Of a stretch of DNA of 64,000 nucleotides, positions 37,039-46,590 are shown piece by piece. Made by a program: the position numbers and the translations under genes. The stretch spans positions 4,892 to 68,891 of the forward strand of contig JAPPND010000231.1 of assembly GCA_028818795.1 (NCBI GenBank), written 5' to 3'. The stretch is from Gammaproteobacteria bacterium. GTDB taxonomy: Bacteria > Pseudomonadota > Gammaproteobacteria > Pseudomonadales > Azotimanducaceae. A model generated the notes under the pieces. It had not been told where the DNA came from, did no database searches, and worked only from the letters and a program-made list of their open reading frames with translations. How positions within the stretch are numbered: the stretch's first letter is position 1; each line of letters opens with the position of its first letter.

Positions 37039-38596
37039 CGTCACCAAACGCGCCGCCTCCGACGGATTCGGCTCGAGCCCTCATCGCTTCTGGGCCCTCC
37101 TCGCAGTCGCCTTGGCAACGGCCGGGTGCGACCAGATCGTGGCAATGATCGAGGGGGGCGATGACCAAACCGTGGAGGAGGAAGCCTTCTTCGAGGCCGT
37201 GGGCGTGGTCCGCGGTGACATCCGGGTGGCGGTGGAAGCCGCCGGCGGCATCGAGCCGGTGACCACCGTCGAAGTGAAGTCCAAGGCATCAGGCGAGATC
37301 CTCGAACTCAACGTCGACACCGGCGACACCGTCGAGACGGGCACGCTGCTGGCGCGGATCGACCAGCGGATGCTCAAGAATTCGCTCGACCAGGCGAAAG
37401 CCAGTCTCGAAGTCTCCCGCGCCGAGTTGGCCAACGCCGAATCGCAGCTTGAACGGATCCGCAAGCTCTACGAACAGGAGTCCCTGTCGAAGGCAGACTA
37501 CGAGCAATCCATGCTGCAGCATGCGGCCGCGAGGTCCCAGGTCGTGCGCGGCGAAATTCAGGTCGAGAACGCCGAAATCGCCCTGGAGGACGCCATCGTC
37601 AGGGCACCGATCACCGGGACGGTAATCGAACGGCTAGTCGAACAGGGCCAGGTCATCTCGTCGCCGATGGGGGACGTCGGCGGCGGTACGCTGCTGCTGC
37701 AGATGGCCGATCTGTCCAGGGTGCGGGTGCGGATGCTCGTGGACGAGATCGACATCGGCAAGGTGCAGCCGGGCACCATCGCCCAGGTCAACGTCGCCGC
37801 CTACCCGACCCGCTCGTTCGAGGGCGCAGTTCTCAAGGTGGAGCCCCAGGCCAGCCCGCAACAGAACGTCACCATGTTCCCCGTGCTGATCGACTTGGAC
37901 AACCGGGAAGGTCTGCTGAAGCCCGGCATGAACGCCGAGGTCGAACTCGTGGTGGCGGACCGAACCGATGTCCTGACCATCCCGAACGCGGCCTTGCGCA
38001 CCCCGGCCGACGTCCACGTCGCCGGCGGGGTAGTCGGGTTGAGCACCGAGCAGGTCGACGAGATGCTCGCCGCGTCGACGCTTCCGCCACGGCCCGGTAG
38101 CTCGGAAGGAGGCGCCGCGTCCGGCCCGGGTGGCATGTCCGAGGAGGATCAGCAGATGCTTCGCTCCATTATGACCAAGCGTCGCAACGGCGAGGAACTC
38201 AACGAGGAAGAGCAGGCCTTTCAACGCAAGATGATGCAGCAGTTTGCGCGCCGGGGCGGACCCGGCCGGGGTGGCCCCGGCGGCGGACAGCGGGGCGGCG
38301 GTCCCCGGGGTGGTCCGCCGGGCGGCGGCTTCGGCGGTGAACGTCCCCGCAGTTCGTCCATCGAATCGCAGTTCGGCGGCGATTTCATCGTGTACGCACT
38401 GCGAGACGAGCAGCCCGTTGCCGTTCGGGTACGCACCGGAGTCACCGACCTCGACCGCACCGAGATTGTCCTGGGGTTGAAAGAGGAGGACGAGGTGCTG
38501 ATATTGCCGAGCGCATCGTTGATCCAGGCCCAGGAGTACTTCCAGCAGCGCATGCGCCGCTGGAACCAGAACCCGTTGATGAGCGGCTCCGGCTAG
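37028..38596 (+). CDS. HlyD/MacA-family periplasmic adaptor with a Gly/Pro/Arg-rich insert
   Basis: Coiled-coil and beta-barrel segments ([15 protein letters not shown]). The start overlaps the ATPase gene end. Low-complexity stretch at nt 38249-38350. Confidence 0.85.
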   Translation: MSTNVTKRAASDGFGSSPHRFWALLAVALATAGCDQIVAMIEGGDDQTVEEEAFFEAVGVVRGDIRVAVEAAGGIEPVTTVEVKSKASGEILELNVDTGDTVETGTLLARIDQRMLKNSLDQAKASLEVSRAELANAESQLERIRKLYEQESLSKADYEQSMLQHAAARSQVVRGEIQVENAEIALEDAIVRAPITGTVIERLVEQGQVISSPMGDVGGGTLLLQMADLSRVRVRMLVDEIDIGKVQPGTIAQVNVAAYPTRSFEGAVLKVEPQASPQQNVTMFPVLIDLDNREGLLKPGMNAEVELVVADRTDVLTIPNAALRTPADVHVAGGVVGLSTEQVDEMLAASTLPPRPGSSEGGAASGPGGMSEEDQQMLRSIMTKRRNGEELNEEEQAFQRKMMQQFARRGGPGRGGPGGGQRGGGPRGGPPGGGFGGERPRSSSIESQFGGDFIVYALRDEQPVAVRVRTGVTDLDRTEIVLGLKEEDEVLILPSASLIQAQEYFQQRMRRWNQNPLMSGSG

Positions 38597-38625
38597 GACC
38601 GTTTACGCGATAGGATGAACTGAAC

Positions 38626-39837
38626 GTGACCGGCTTCGAAACCATACGGGTCGCCCTGGAGTCGATCATCCACAATCTGCTTCGGTCGACGCTCACGATG
38701 CTCGGCATCATCATTGGCGTGGCGGCCGTCATCGCGATCGTGGCGCTGATCACCGGCGCCCAGCGGGCCGTCGACGAACAGATCTCGCAGCTCGGCGGCG
38801 CACGGGTGCTGTCGGTGCAACCGGGGCAGTCCTACTGGCGCGGCGTCGCGTCCTCGGACCGGGTGTCGATGACCATCGACGACTACGAAGCGCTGCGGCA
38901 CGACGCCCACTACCTGTCGGAACTCGTGCCGGAGATCTCGGGCTACGGTCAGATCAAGTTCGGCAACCAGAACCTGAGCCACCGCATCAACGGCACGACG
39001 CCCAACTACCCCGACGTCCACCGCATCGAGTTGGAGCACGGCAGGATGTTCAGCGAGGGGGACGTGCTGGCGCACCGCCGAATGGCCGTGCTCGGCCAGG
39101 AGATTCCCGTCAACCTCGAAATGGAGCCCGAGACCATGCTCGGCCGGACCATCCTGATCAACCGCATCCCGTTCCAGGTCGTCGGCGTTCTCGAGCGCGT
39201 CGGCGCCCCTTGGATGAATCCCGACGACGACATCTTCATACCCATCACGACCGCGGAACAGCGCGTGATCGGGAATGACCGACTCGACCGTATGTCGGCC
39301 AAGGTCGCCGACGGCATCCCGCTGGAGACAGGCATGGTCGACGTCGAACGCGTTCTGCGGCGGGAACACAAGATCCGCCCCGGCGGCCAGAACGACTTCA
39401 TGATCATGAACCGCGAGCAGTTCGTCGAGGCGCAGCAACAGTCGATGGCGATTTTCGCGTACCTGCTCGGCGGCGTCGCCAGCGTCAGCCTGCTGGTGGG
39501 CGGCATCGGCGTGATGAACATCATGCTGGTGTCGGTCACCGAACGCATCCGCGAGATCGGCGTCCGCAAGGCCCTTGGCGCGACCCGGCTCAACATCCTG
39601 ACCCAGTTCCTCACCGAAGCGCTCACCATCGGCGCCCTCGGCGGCATACTCGGCATCGCCCTCGGTGCCGGCACCGCCGTGGCTATGGCCAAGCTCGCCG
39701 GCTTCAACACCTACGTGTCCGTCGAAGCCGTCATCCTCGCCGTCGGCGTGAGCGTCGGCGTCGGCCTCATCTTCGGCGTCTGGCCGGCCCGGCGGGCGGC
39801 GCAACTCGACCCCGTGGAGGCCCTGCGCCACGACTAG
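38626..39837 (+). CDS. ABC transporter permease, MacB/FtsX family
   Basis: 403 aa with MacB_PCD and an FtsX C-terminus (VGGIGVMNIMLVSVTERIREIGVRKALGA). Confidence 0.9.
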   Translation: MTGFETIRVALESIIHNLLRSTLTMLGIIIGVAAVIAIVALITGAQRAVDEQISQLGGARVLSVQPGQSYWRGVASSDRVSMTIDDYEALRHDAHYLSELVPEISGYGQIKFGNQNLSHRINGTTPNYPDVHRIELEHGRMFSEGDVLAHRRMAVLGQEIPVNLEMEPETMLGRTILINRIPFQVVGVLERVGAPWMNPDDDIFIPITTAEQRVIGNDRLDRMSAKVADGIPLETGMVDVERVLRREHKIRPGGQNDFMIMNREQFVEAQQQSMAIFAYLLGGVASVSLLVGGIGVMNIMLVSVTERIREIGVRKALGATRLNILTQFLTEALTIGALGGILGIALGAGTAVAMAKLAGFNTYVSVEAVILAVGVSVGVGLIFGVWPARRAAQLDPVEALRHD

Positions 39838-39920
39838 GGCACTTCGAGGACTTCCAACATGGACGCCTGCCTGCGCGCCCTAGCGACTCATCGACGTGGC
39901 GCACCGTAAGCCGAAGGCTG

Positions 39921-39950
39921 TCGACACCGGGGACGCTTGGCGTCTATAGT
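39921..39950 (+). promoter_or_regulatory. Candidate sigma70 promoter of the second RES/Xre module
   Basis: TCGACA-N18-TATAGT, about 30 nt upstream of the antitoxin SD (AGGAG 39966-39970). Confidence 0.3.
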
Positions 39951-39978
39951 GTCCTTATGGTAGTCAGGAGATGTCCGA

Positions 39979-40530
39979 ATGGTCGCTCAATTGCCGGTAC
40001 CCCACCCCGGTCCGATGTCTCCGATGTCGGAACAGCCCCGCGTCCCCGACGGCGAGAGCCACGGCGCGACCCTGAGTGAACCCGTCGCGGCACCCTCAAG
40101 CCAAGACATACTCTCGCTTCTGACCTCAACCGCAGGCGCGGTCACGTCCCTGGTGCCGGAAGACGGCGACATGGTCGCGATGGTACGCCAAGGGTTCCCC
40201 GTCACGGCACTGGAGAATCTGGTCGCGGCTGTTGGGGCACCCCAAAAGGAAATTGCCCACGCGGTTGGCATTCCGGCGACGACTCTGGGCAGGAGGCGTC
40301 AGAACGGGCAATTGACGGCCATGGAGTCCGACCAGGTCGTACGCGTCGCTCGTCTGGTAGTCATGGCGCGTGCCATGATGGCGGGCGATGTCGACGCGGC
40401 GCGACGCTGGTTGACGACGCCACACCGATTGCTGGGCGACGAGACGCCGCTGCGCCGAGCGTCGACAGAGACGGGCGGACGTGAAGTGGAGCAACTCGTC
40501 GGCCGACTGCGCCACGGCGTCTTCAGCTAG
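39979..40530 (+). CDS. Xre-like/DUF2384 antitoxin
   Basis: HTH-like IAHAVGIPATTLGRRRQNG, then ARRWLTTPHRLLGDETPLRRASTETGGREVEQLVGRLRHGVF. AGGAG lies 8 nt before the ATG. Confidence 0.85.
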   Translation: MVAQLPVPHPGPMSPMSEQPRVPDGESHGATLSEPVAAPSSQDILSLLTSTAGAVTSLVPEDGDMVAMVRQGFPVTALENLVAAVGAPQKEIAHAVGIPATTLGRRRQNGQLTAMESDQVVRVARLVVMARAMMAGDVDAARRWLTTPHRLLGDETPLRRASTETGGREVEQLVGRLRHGVFS

Positions 40531-40621
40531 CGGGGGCACCCTACGTAAGGCGAGTGATGATGCCACTACTGCATCGGAACTCGATTCGGGTGAGAGCCTT
40601 TTGCCGCGGACATCTGGAATA

Positions 40622-41089
40622 GTGCGGGTGGGCTGGCGGTTGGCGGCACCCGAGTTCGCTCGAACCGCCGAGGACATGCTGTCCGGCGAGGGCGCCCGGT
40701 TGTATGGCGGTCGTTGGAACAGTCCTGGCCGACCGGCGGTGTATCTCGGCGACAGTCTTGCGCTCGCGAGCATGGAATTGCTGGTGCATCTCGGCGAGGC
40801 CGAGGTTCTCGAGACCTATCGGAAGATGCCCGTCTACATTCCGGAAGACACGGTGATGCACATCGACCCAAACGAACTGCCAAAAGATTGGCCGACGGGT
40901 CCGCGCACCCCGACGCGCGCCATCGGAGACCGGTGGCTGGCCCTTGAACAGTCCGTTGTCCTGCAAGTTCCGAGTGCTGTTGTATCGGGCGAGAGCAACT
41001 TCCTCGTCAATCCGAACCACTCACGCTTCGGCGCGATCACCGCCGGATCTGTCTCGGATTTCCGTTTCGATGCAAGGCTCGCGCGTTGA
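40622..41089 (+). CDS. RES-domain toxin
   Basis: GGRWNSPGRPAVYLGDSLALASMELLVHL. The start is uncertain (GTG 40622; the ORF is open from 40481). Confidence 0.85.
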   Translation: MRVGWRLAAPEFARTAEDMLSGEGARLYGGRWNSPGRPAVYLGDSLALASMELLVHLGEAEVLETYRKMPVYIPEDTVMHIDPNELPKDWPTGPRTPTRAIGDRWLALEQSVVLQVPSAVVSGESNFLVNPNHSRFGAITAGSVSDFRFDARLAR

Positions 41090-41273
41090 GGCCCCTGCGG
41101 CAGCGAACCGACGGCTCTAGCAAATCAGCGAACGCGGATGCTGCTATTGGTCCGCTTCGATGTCGCTTGGAGGCGATGTCGTACCGCGCGTAGGACCAAA
41201 AACGCGTGTGTCCGGGAATCCTAACATGTTCACCGCCCCTTTTTCTGTAGGCTCCCGCGAAAATGGGGGTATG

Positions 41274-41804
41274 TCAAAACCTCGGCCCTCCCTCGCTTCC
41301 CGCGTTCCGCGCCTCCTTTGCCTTCGACAGGTCCCCTTCGATCATGGCGGTGGCCATGCGCACGAACTCGTCGCGCTCCTCGCCTTCCAGCTTCTTCTCG
41401 AGCACGACCGTGTACTTATACCAGCCGTCGAAGGCGGTCACGGCGGTCGCCCAGGTGCCATCCGAGTACTTGTAGGTCGTCACCGAACCGTCGTGGCCCA
41501 TTATGTGCAGGTTGGGGTCGTCGAAGTGGACGCCGGCAATTTCGGATACCTCGGCATACAGCACGCCGCCGAACTTCGTGTCCGAAACGACATCAAGCCG
41601 CTCGATGCCGTTGCCAGGAAGCATGTCGAACGAGTAGCTGGCGGTCGTTGCGGGTATCTCGTCATATGCCGACAGTGACGACTGGCCGCTGCCCAGTTGT
41701 TCTGCCTCCCGCAGCAGGCTCTGCCCCCGTGGGGGGGTGGCTTGTTCGTACCATCCCCGTTCCCGTGCCCGCCGGATTTGTTCTTCCATTTCGGGCGGAA
41801 TCAT
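41274..41804 (-). CDS. Hypothetical protein
   Basis: 176-aa ORF with protein-like composition. No recognisable motif. Confidence 0.5.
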   Translation of the reverse strand: MIPPEMEEQIRRARERGWYEQATPPRGQSLLREAEQLGSGQSSLSAYDEIPATTASYSFDMLPGNGIERLDVVSDTKFGGVLYAEVSEIAGVHFDDPNLHIMGHDGSVTTYKYSDGTWATAVTAFDGWYKYTVVLEKKLEGEERDEFVRMATAMIEGDLSKAKEARNAGSEGGPRF

Positions 41805-42108
41805 CTCCTCGATTTCCCGCGGATCGGGATCTGAGAACAGTTTATCCAGGAACTCTCTTGCCGCCGAGCGAGCGAGACCGCCCTTGATATTGTCGAGCGA
41901 GGCTATTCATGCCTTTGCAGTTGGCCCGGCTGAAATACCACCCCGGTGTGTGATCATCGCCGACCGCAATGGTCGGCGAAGCCACCCCGACGGCCAGAAC
42001 GACCGCCTGTAGACTTTTGAGTCCCATTTGGGTTTCCCCCTTCAGCAAAAAATCACCTTCCCGATCGCGGGAGCGCTCGGCCAAACTCGAGGCTGTCGCT
42101 CAATTCGC

Positions 42109-43272
42109 TTAACCCGCTTTATCCGAACCCAAGAAGGAGAAACACCCATGCCATCCGCCACACTCCGCCTCGAAGCGGCACCCTTTGAACGCCGCGGCCT
42201 TCCTTTTCGCGCTGGGCCCCCGCCGCGTCGTCGTTGGTCTTGTCCGGCTGCTCGCCGACCGGATCGAGAACGGGCGGCTGGGCGCCGCCGCCGCTCGACA
42301 TCGACCTCGCGATCCGGCGGCTGCCCGAGACGGCCTATGCGGCCAAGACGCGCAGGGTCTACGCCGGCGTACTCCGCGCCCTGAACAAGTGGCTGGACGG
42401 GCGGCCGGCCACCGACGCGCTGCTTGCCCGCTACCTCGGCGTGCTGTTCGACCGGGGCCACGCGCCGCCCAGCGCCGTACACCTCGTGGCGGCGGTGCAC
42501 TACGCCGCGAAGGAGTGCGCCCGCGCGGGCCTGCGCTCAACGGACCCGGTCGGACCTGCCACGAAAGAACGGCTGGAGCGTTTCCACCGGGAGGGCGCGG
42601 AGCGCGGGACGGGCCAGGTACGGGGGATCTCGTGGAAGGAAGCCAAGGCGATGTGCAGATGCGCCGAGGCGCCCGGCGACCCGGCGGGCAAACGCGACGC
42701 CGCGATCATCTCCGTCATGTCGGACGCCCTGCTGCGGGTGGCCGAGGTTTCGGCACTGAATGTCGACGACGTGACGTTCCTCCCGGACGGCACGGCGCGG
42801 ATCAACATCCAGCGCAGCAAGACGGATCAGCGCGGCCAGGGCGCGGTGCAGTACCTGCGCGCGGCCACGGTACGCCGCCTGCGGAGGTGGATCGTTGCCG
42901 GGGGCATCCGGTCCGGCGCCCTGTTCCGGGCGGTGGACCGGTGGGGCCGCGTCTCTGCGCGGGGTCTCGGGCCGGACTCGGTCCGCGCCGCGATCAAGCG
43001 CCGCGCGAAGGAGGCCGGGATCGAGGGCCGGGTGTCCGGCCACTCGCTGCGGATCGGCTCGGCGCAGGAGCTGGCCGAGAGGGGCACGTCGCTCGCCGAG
43101 TTGCAGAAGGAGGGACGCTGGAAGGATCCGTCCATGCCGGCGCTCTACATACGCAACCAGGAGGCGTCCCGTGGCACCGTGGCGCGGCTACGGGGGGATA
43201 CCGGAAAAAAGTCGAAAAAAGCGCTTGCGGCGTCCGAAACGGTGGTGGTAGAGTCCGGATAAAGCGGGTTAA
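42109..43272. mobile_element. Cre-like recombinase gene bracketed by a perfect 17-bp inverted repeat (invertible segment or minimal mobile unit)
   Basis: ttaacccgctttatccg at 42109-42125 and its exact reverse complement cggataaagcgggttaa at 43256-43272. The right arm overlaps the recombinase stop codon. Confidence 0.5.
42234..43262 (+). CDS. Tyrosine site-specific recombinase, Cre-like
   Basis: LLRVAEV (Arg I), INIQRSKTDQ and GHSLRIGSAQELAERGTSLAELQKEGRWKDPSMPALYIRN (H-x-x-R, W, catalytic Y) run in parallel with my memory of the P1 Cre C-terminus. It has a TTG start only, so the start is uncertain. Confidence 0.85.
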   Translation: MVLSGCSPTGSRTGGWAPPPLDIDLAIRRLPETAYAAKTRRVYAGVLRALNKWLDGRPATDALLARYLGVLFDRGHAPPSAVHLVAAVHYAAKECARAGLRSTDPVGPATKERLERFHREGAERGTGQVRGISWKEAKAMCRCAEAPGDPAGKRDAAIISVMSDALLRVAEVSALNVDDVTFLPDGTARINIQRSKTDQRGQGAVQYLRAATVRRLRRWIVAGGIRSGALFRAVDRWGRVSARGLGPDSVRAAIKRRAKEAGIEGRVSGHSLRIGSAQELAERGTSLAELQKEGRWKDPSMPALYIRNQEASRGTVARLRGDTGKKSKKALAASETVVVESG

Positions 43273-43374
43273 CCAGATGATTTTGTTCACATTTGTCGAA
43301 TGGGGCAAGAATGTCGTTGATGCGTGCCGTAGTTGACCCCGGCACGTAGTTCAAACGGGGGCGGGCCCCCGACT

Positions 43375-44916
43375 CTACGATGGTCGACTAGTGCCCGGAA
43401 GACTGCGTCGCAGCGTTTCCCCTATTCTTCCGGCTGCGGCCGTCGATTCCGAACGATAGCGCAGGCGAACCGTGTAGACATCGTCACCGGTAAGCACTCC
43501 GCCGCGTCCGAACAGCCGTCCGTGCTGCCAGTTCGATAGGCCGAGTTCGGGTTTGCCGAGGGCGAACTGACCGTCCACCCAGCGGGTGTGGTCATCGCCT
43601 ACGAAGGGCGAGTCCAGGGCGTTGAAGAACCGCTCGTGCTCGGCGGCGTCGTTCGAGAGGAGCGTCCCGACAAGGCGCGGACTCAGGTCGTTGAAGAGCC
43701 GCACCGCCTCGTCCAGGGAGTCGACGCCAACGATGCTGACTTCGGGCGTTTCCTCCCACTCCCACTCGGCACCCAAGTCCGCCGTCCCGATCGTCTCCGC
43801 CTGCGGTTCGCGAACCGGTCCCCCGGCCCGAACCACGTCGACCTCGCCAGCGAACAGGGAGTCGGGCATCAGGCCTTCGCTGCCTCGTGCGACGTGCACC
43901 TTGAACACGGCGCCCCTCGCTTCGCCAGCCCGGCGCAAACCCCGGAGTACTGCATCGGCCAGCCGTGACTGTCCCGGCCCGTTCACGAGGCAGCAGGTGT
44001 TTAGGGTGTTGCAGACCTTACGGTCCAGGGAGCGGAACACCGCCTCTTCCACGGCATCTTCGTCGACACTGTCCGAAACCACCATCCATGCGCCCCCCGT
44101 GCCGTGCAGGCTTACCGGCGTACCCGCGCTGCGGGCGAGCGACCCCAAGGCGGCCACGGCCGGGCCCGATCCGCGGGCCACCGCAAGCGACAACCGGCGA
44201 TCCAGGAACAGGGCCCAACCGGCGGCATGCGCCGAACTGTCCACCAGCGAGACGGCTCCGGCAGGGAGCCCGGCCTTTGCCAGCGCCGGTGCGATGGCAA
44301 CCGCCATGATCGTCCGGGCGGTGGCCAGCGCATCACTGCCGATCCGGAACACAACCGTGTTGCCGCCGCGCAACACCCCGCAGGCGTCGGCCAGTACGTT
44401 GGGTCGACCTTCGAATACGAAGGCGACCACACCGAGCGCAGCGCCCACCAAATCGACCTCGAAGCCATCCCGGCGCACCGTGTCGAGCACGGCACCCCGG
44501 CGTGAAGGCATCGATGCCCACCCGCGCAGGCCCTCGATCATCTTCTCGCGCATGGACTCCGACACGCCGAGGCGCGTCGTCGACCGGCCGAGTCGCCGCG
44601 CGTTCTCCACGTCGCCGGCGTTGACCGCCGCCACCTTGTTCCAAACGCCGTCGTCCGCCAACGCGCTCACCGCGTGGTCGTAGAAAGCGACGATCGCTTC
44701 GTCGGCGACCCCGGCCATGTCCGAGAAGGCAGCCGCGGCGGTATCCACGGCAGCGGTTGCGGTACGGAGTTCAGCGGCCGGAATGTGGAGCAGCCCGGCT
44801 TGGGAGTCGGCGACCATACGGTCCCCCGACCGAAATGCCGCTGCCAAGTCACCGTCCAGGGTGAAAGCCTGGCCGTCGGCGGCGAGAATCCGTGTGCCTT
44901 GCTTCAAGTCGTCCAT
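43375..44916 (-). CDS. Gamma-glutamyl phosphate reductase-like aldehyde dehydrogenase with an N-terminal extension
   Basis: FEGRPNVLADA and KVCNTLNTCCLV (catalytic Cys region) resemble ProA. It is 513 aa, against roughly 420 aa for a typical ProA (from memory). Confidence 0.7.
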   Translation of the reverse strand: MDDLKQGTRILAADGQAFTLDGDLAAAFRSGDRMVADSQAGLLHIPAAELRTATAAVDTAAAAFSDMAGVADEAIVAFYDHAVSALADDGVWNKVAAVNAGDVENARRLGRSTTRLGVSESMREKMIEGLRGWASMPSRRGAVLDTVRRDGFEVDLVGAALGVVAFVFEGRPNVLADACGVLRGGNTVVFRIGSDALATARTIMAVAIAPALAKAGLPAGAVSLVDSSAHAAGWALFLDRRLSLAVARGSGPAVAALGSLARSAGTPVSLHGTGGAWMVVSDSVDEDAVEEAVFRSLDRKVCNTLNTCCLVNGPGQSRLADAVLRGLRRAGEARGAVFKVHVARGSEGLMPDSLFAGEVDVVRAGGPVREPQAETIGTADLGAEWEWEETPEVSIVGVDSLDEAVRLFNDLSPRLVGTLLSNDAAEHERFFNALDSPFVGDDHTRWVDGQFALGKPELGLSNWQHGRLFGRGGVLTGDDVYTVRLRYRSESTAAAGRIGETLRRSLPGTSRPS

Positions 44917-44953
44917 GGAGGCGCGTCGGTACCCAGGTTGCCCGATTCTACGG

Positions 44954-46141
44954 TTACGGCACGCGGTGTTCGATCCGCAGCTTGACCGGTTCGCCGCCGC
45001 GCTTTCCAGCCGCCACGTCGCTCTCGAGGTCCCCGGTTCGCGCCGAAGGCGAGCCGCCGAGACTCACCCGTGCGAGCAGTTCCACGGAGTCCAGGTCGGA
45101 CAGGCTGTGCCCCGGCATCATGGCGTCGGCGTCGGTGAGTTCGATCCGCGCCGGCAGGTCGCCCACTGTCAAGCGTCGCACGGCCAAGGGCGGACGCGGG
45201 GCATCGGGATCCCGGGCGATGACAAAAACCGGCGTACCGGGATCCACGTTCGGGAACGCCCCCAGCGAAACCGCAACCGTGATGGCCGTCGGCGGATCGG
45301 GGTCGGCTTCCGCCGAATCCGGCAGACGCGACCGGGCCAGCGCCAGGATCTCCGCGAGTTCTCTTCGGCGTTCCGCAGCGATGGGCTGGCGCAACACGCG
45401 CGTTAGGTGGGCGATTGCCTCCGGGAAGTCCCTGCGGTGCAGGGCATCCACGGCCAACAGTTCCAACATCGTCGGATGGTCGGGCTGTTCCGCCAACACG
45501 CGATCGACGATGATGCGCGTTGCAGGAGACATCTGGCCGCCGTCCGCCCGGTACCGGGCCTGGGCCCAGGCGACACCGACCTCCGCTACCGGTCCCGCCA
45601 CATCGTGAAGCGCGGCAAAGGCCTCGGCGGCACCCTCGTAGTCCTTCAGCTGCATTCGCAAATGGCCCAGCACGAACCAGGAGTTGACATCCCCGGCCTC
45701 CCGGGCCAAACGACTCTCCAAGGCATCTTCCAGCGCCCGCATCTCGCTTGGGTTGTCGCCCTGCATGATCTCCGATGCCCGCGAGAGCAGCGGCGCCCCG
45801 GGTTCGCCCCAGACGACATAAAGGCCAATCGCGACAACGAGCGTCGCCACCGAGCCCGCGACAAGTGGGAGCAGCGGCACGCGACCGGCGGGTTCCGCGT
45901 CGGACGAGCCGAGTTGCGCCGACTCGTCGAGGTGGTCCAAGGCGAGTTCCTCCTCAAGGGCGGCACGTTCGTTCGCGTCGAGATCCTGGGCGTCGGCTTC
46001 ACGCTTGAGTTCAACGCGGCGATCGGCAAACAGCGCGGACGCGGTGTCCGGCTCGCGGGCGCGTCCGGTTCGGCAGGCGACGGTCACCACGCCGATCACC
46101 GCGAGCACGCCCAGCGCGCAGGCGGCGAGATAGACCTCCAT
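44954..46141 (-). CDS. ccmI: Cytochrome c-type biogenesis protein CcmI (TPR)
   Basis: N-terminal TM (MEVYLAACALGVLAVIGVV) and TPR region. The ATG overlaps the ccmH stop (ATGA). Confidence 0.8.
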   Translation of the reverse strand: MEVYLAACALGVLAVIGVVTVACRTGRAREPDTASALFADRRVELKREADAQDLDANERAALEEELALDHLDESAQLGSSDAEPAGRVPLLPLVAGSVATLVVAIGLYVVWGEPGAPLLSRASEIMQGDNPSEMRALEDALESRLAREAGDVNSWFVLGHLRMQLKDYEGAAEAFAALHDVAGPVAEVGVAWAQARYRADGGQMSPATRIIVDRVLAEQPDHPTMLELLAVDALHRRDFPEAIAHLTRVLRQPIAAERRRELAEILALARSRLPDSAEADPDPPTAITVAVSLGAFPNVDPGTPVFVIARDPDAPRPPLAVRRLTVGDLPARIELTDADAMMPGHSLSDLDSVELLARVSLGGSPSARTGDLESDVAAGKRGGEPVKLRIEHRVP

Positions 46142-46590
46142 CAGGTCCTGTCCCGAAGAAGGCGTCTGGCTCTGTCGAGGTCGTCCGATGACGTCGCGCT
46201 GGCCGCGCTTCGTCGCGCTACCCGCATTAGGACGTAGATACCGACGACGAGCAGCACCACGGGCGAGAACCAGAGGAACCACGTCGACGGCTTGAACGGC
46301 GGATCGTAGAGCACGAAGTCGCCGTAGCGTTCCTGGAGGTGGTCGCGAATGGCGTCGTTCGTGGCGCCCTCCTCCATCAGCCGGCGGACGGTGCGGCGCA
46401 GGTCCACCGCGATGGGCGCCCCCGAACTGGCGATGGACTCGTTCAGGCACTTCGGGCAGCGAAAGTCGGTGATCAGGCGCTGGTAGCGTTCGTAGGTCTC
46501 GGGATCGGGGAAATCAAAACCGTCGATTGCCGACCCGCCGAGACAGGTGGCAACCGCGAAAGCCAAGGCGAAGCCAGCGGGGCGGTTCAT
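46141..46590 (-). CDS. ccmH: Cytochrome c-type biogenesis protein CcmH
   Basis: FRCPKCLNESIASS CXXC motif, signal peptide and a C-terminal TM. Confidence 0.9.
   Translation of the reverse strand: MNRPAGFALAFAVATCLGGSAIDGFDFPDPETYERYQRLITDFRCPKCLNESIASSGAPIAVDLRRTVRRLMEEGATNDAIRDHLQERYGDFVLYDPPFKPSTWFLWFSPVVLLVVGIYVLMRVARRSAASATSSDDLDRARRLLRDRT

Noticed and set aside
41842-42084. An 80-aa minus-strand ORF next to the left inverted repeat. An internal start gives MGLKSLQAVVLAVGVASP..., which looks like a signal peptide.
   Set aside because: It is too short and motif-free to support as a gene. It may be real cargo of the recombinase-associated region, but I cannot substantiate it.
43203-43222. 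A short tandem, gaaaaaagtc-gaaaaaagcg.
   Set aside because: It lies inside the recombinase coding region (GKKSKKAL tail) and has only two imperfect units. It is not a CRISPR array or a satellite.
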